From Candidatus Pacearchaeota archaeon (lineage in GTDB: Archaea > Nanobdellota > Nanobdellia > Pacearchaeales > GW2011-AR1): a DNA stretch of 64,000 bases. The translations under genes and the position numbers were made by a program. Below, piece after piece: positions 63,133 to 64,000 of the stretch. The notes beneath the pieces are model-generated. The model searched no databases. It had not been told where the DNA came from and was given only the letters and a program-made list of their open reading frames with translations. The stretch spans positions 4,843 to 68,842 of the forward strand of contig JALUUW010000003.1 of the NCBI GenBank assembly GCA_027021195.1, in the 5' to 3' direction. Position 1 is the first letter of the stretch. Each line of letters opens with the position of its first letter.

Positions 63133-63462
63133 TCAATACCTAAATCTTCTTTCATAATCTTTATGGCTCATCCATTCAAGGATAATTGACAGTATTGTAA
63201 TTTCCCCATTAGCCACAGAATAAATCAATCGCCAACCTTTTGGCAAATCATATTTCCAGATATTATCAATTCCATATTTCTCAATGTAAGCTTTTGGAAT
63301 TAATCTTTTTTGTATCCTTATTCCACAAAAGGCGTTTTCCTCTAAATCTTCAAAAGCTCTACAAATCCATTTGTATAATTTTTGATCTTCTGTTTTTGAT
63401 TCTTTTAAAGCCTCAAAACTCTTCTGAATCTTCTCGTCAGCAAATTTGATTTCAGATTTCAT
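63133..63462 (-). CDS. RelE/ParE-superfamily toxin
   Basis: IWKYDLPKGWRLIYSVANGEITILSIILEWMSHKDYERRF. The ATG at 63462 forms an ATGA overlap with the antitoxin stop. The track start at 63471 is a TTG. Confidence 0.6.
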   Translation of the reverse strand: MKSEIKFADEKIQKSFEALKESKTEDQKLYKWICRAFEDLEENAFCGIRIQKRLIPKAYIEKYGIDNIWKYDLPKGWRLIYSVANGEITILSIILEWMSHKDYERRFRY

Positions 63463-63743
63463 TTTCTCCAACTTAGATGAGGCTTAGACAGGTATTTTTT
63501 TACAAGTTCCGGATTCCAAATCCAGACAACCCATCCTTCTTTGTCTTGTGCTATTTTTCCAGACTCCAACAAATAGTCAAAAATTACACAGAAAGTTTGG
63601 TAAATCATTTTTTTAGGCAGTGCTTCCCAAAGAGATTTTTTCTTGTATTCCCCGGAATTTTCTCTAATAAACTCCTCTACCATCAGAATAGTATCTAATT
63701 GTGGATAGTGCAAAATATTTCTTTTTGATATTTCTTGTGGCAT
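63459..63743 (-). CDS. putative antitoxin (94 aa, wHTH-like)
   Basis: Lies upstream of and is translationally coupled to the toxin. The ATG at 63743 is chosen because the longer track ORF (to 63923) runs through the right direct repeat and looks non-coding. Confidence 0.45.
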   Translation of the reverse strand: MPQEISKRNILHYPQLDTILMVEEFIRENSGEYKKKSLWEALPKKMIYQTFCVIFDYLLESGKIAQDKEGWVVWIWNPELVKKYLSKPHLSWRK

Positions 63744-63898
63744 GGTTATACATACTTGTATAACTATTAAAATCTTTCGGTTTTCAAAAAATCCTTCTTT
63801 CTCCAAAAAAGAAACAAAAAACCCTTTCTCAGATATACTGGAACGTTTCACGTGCCAGCTTGCTCTCTTTTTTAGAATTTCATCCTTGCAACATGGCT

Positions 63899-63917
63899 GT
63901 TTATGCTCTGCCTGCAG
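63899..63917. repeat. 19-bp direct repeat, right copy (gtttatgctctgcctgcag)
   Basis: See 62894..62912. It lies 2 nt downstream of the stop of the partial gene at the window edge. Confidence 0.8.
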
Positions 63918-63919
63918 GC

Positions 63920-64000
63920 TCAAAAGTCCCCAAGAGTCATCTGCCTTTTTCCTTCAATAATCTCTTTTATGTCCAGACCAAAAACCTGAAAAATGTTTTC
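63920..64000 (-). CDS. 3' end of an unidentified gene (partial, continues beyond window)
   Basis: The minus-strand frame open from the window edge reads ..ENIFQVFGLDIKEIIEGKRQMTLGDF* with a TGA at 63920-63922. Confidence 0.3.
   Translation of the reverse strand, partial: ENIFQVFGLDIKEIIEGKRQMTLGDF

Larger units (their letters stand above)
62894..63917. mobile_element. ~1-kb toxin-antitoxin cassette bracketed by 19-bp direct repeats (candidate inserted module)
   Basis: The direct repeats sit exactly between the upstream gene stop (63920) and the NSUN gene start (62854). The content is only the TA pair plus non-coding DNA, and no integrase is present. Confidence 0.4.

Noticed and set aside
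63744-63923. 60-aa N-terminal extension of the antitoxin ORF as listed in the track.
   Set aside because: The extension runs through the right direct repeat and the neighbouring gene's terminator region, and has odd composition. The internal ATG at 63743 gives a normal ~94-aa antitoxin.
1-64000. CRISPR arrays, IS elements or transposases, integrases, rRNA genes.
   Set aside because: I found no spaced direct-repeat array, no DDE or tyrosine/serine recombinase-like translation, and no long GC-rich structured stretch. Only one tRNA is present.

Overview
This is a gene-dense, AT-rich archaeal fragment; the AT-richness is judged by eye. The information-processing genes are clearly archaeal: PCNA, a fused PriS-PriL primase, Hjc, a short HMf-type histone, TFS, RpoL, aRF1, Cbf5, TrmY, r-proteins L31e/L39e/S19e, NAC, Sec61beta, two Cdc48 paralogues and NSUN plus a NIP7-like protein. 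Small protein sizes, the fused primase, strong Shine-Dalgarno sites and a block of very large Cys-rich surface proteins suggest a DPANN-type lineage (Woese-/Pace-/Nanoarchaeota-like episymbiont). That taxonomic call is inference.

No rRNA, CRISPR array, transposase or integrase was seen. There is one tRNA, Lys-CUU.

The best candidates for something new are:
1. nt ~2.4-6.4 kb: a compact RiPP-like operon. It starts with a 41-aa Cys/Asp-rich ORF that is below the ORF-track cutoff. This is followed by a radical SAM/SPASM enzyme, a methyltransferase, an HExxH protein and an MccF-like S66 peptidase. A second, partly decayed rSAM module sits opposite it at nt 1-2372.
2. nt 8.7-15.6 kb: a tandemly duplicated two-gene module. 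Each copy pairs a small membrane protein carrying a pilin-like N-terminus with a very Cys-rich ectoprotein. One ectoprotein is 1247 aa, with a Gly-zipper TM bundle and four C-terminal repeats.
3. nt 54.4-60.0 kb: a translationally coupled Zn-ribbon/AbrB + 93-aa ORF + Cdc48 + sHsp + Cdc48 operon. Stacked palindromes lie behind its TATA box, and their core motif recurs upstream of a nearby wHTH gene.
4. nt 62.9-63.9 kb: a RelE-type toxin-antitoxin cassette bracketed by 19-bp direct repeats.

Several gene remnants and in-frame stops indicate ongoing decay or rearrangement. These are a truncated methyltransferase, a frameshifted and truncated rSAM, a CYTH-like tail and an ORF with two in-frame stops.

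All functional calls come from motifs I recognise by eye in the translations. No database search was possible.
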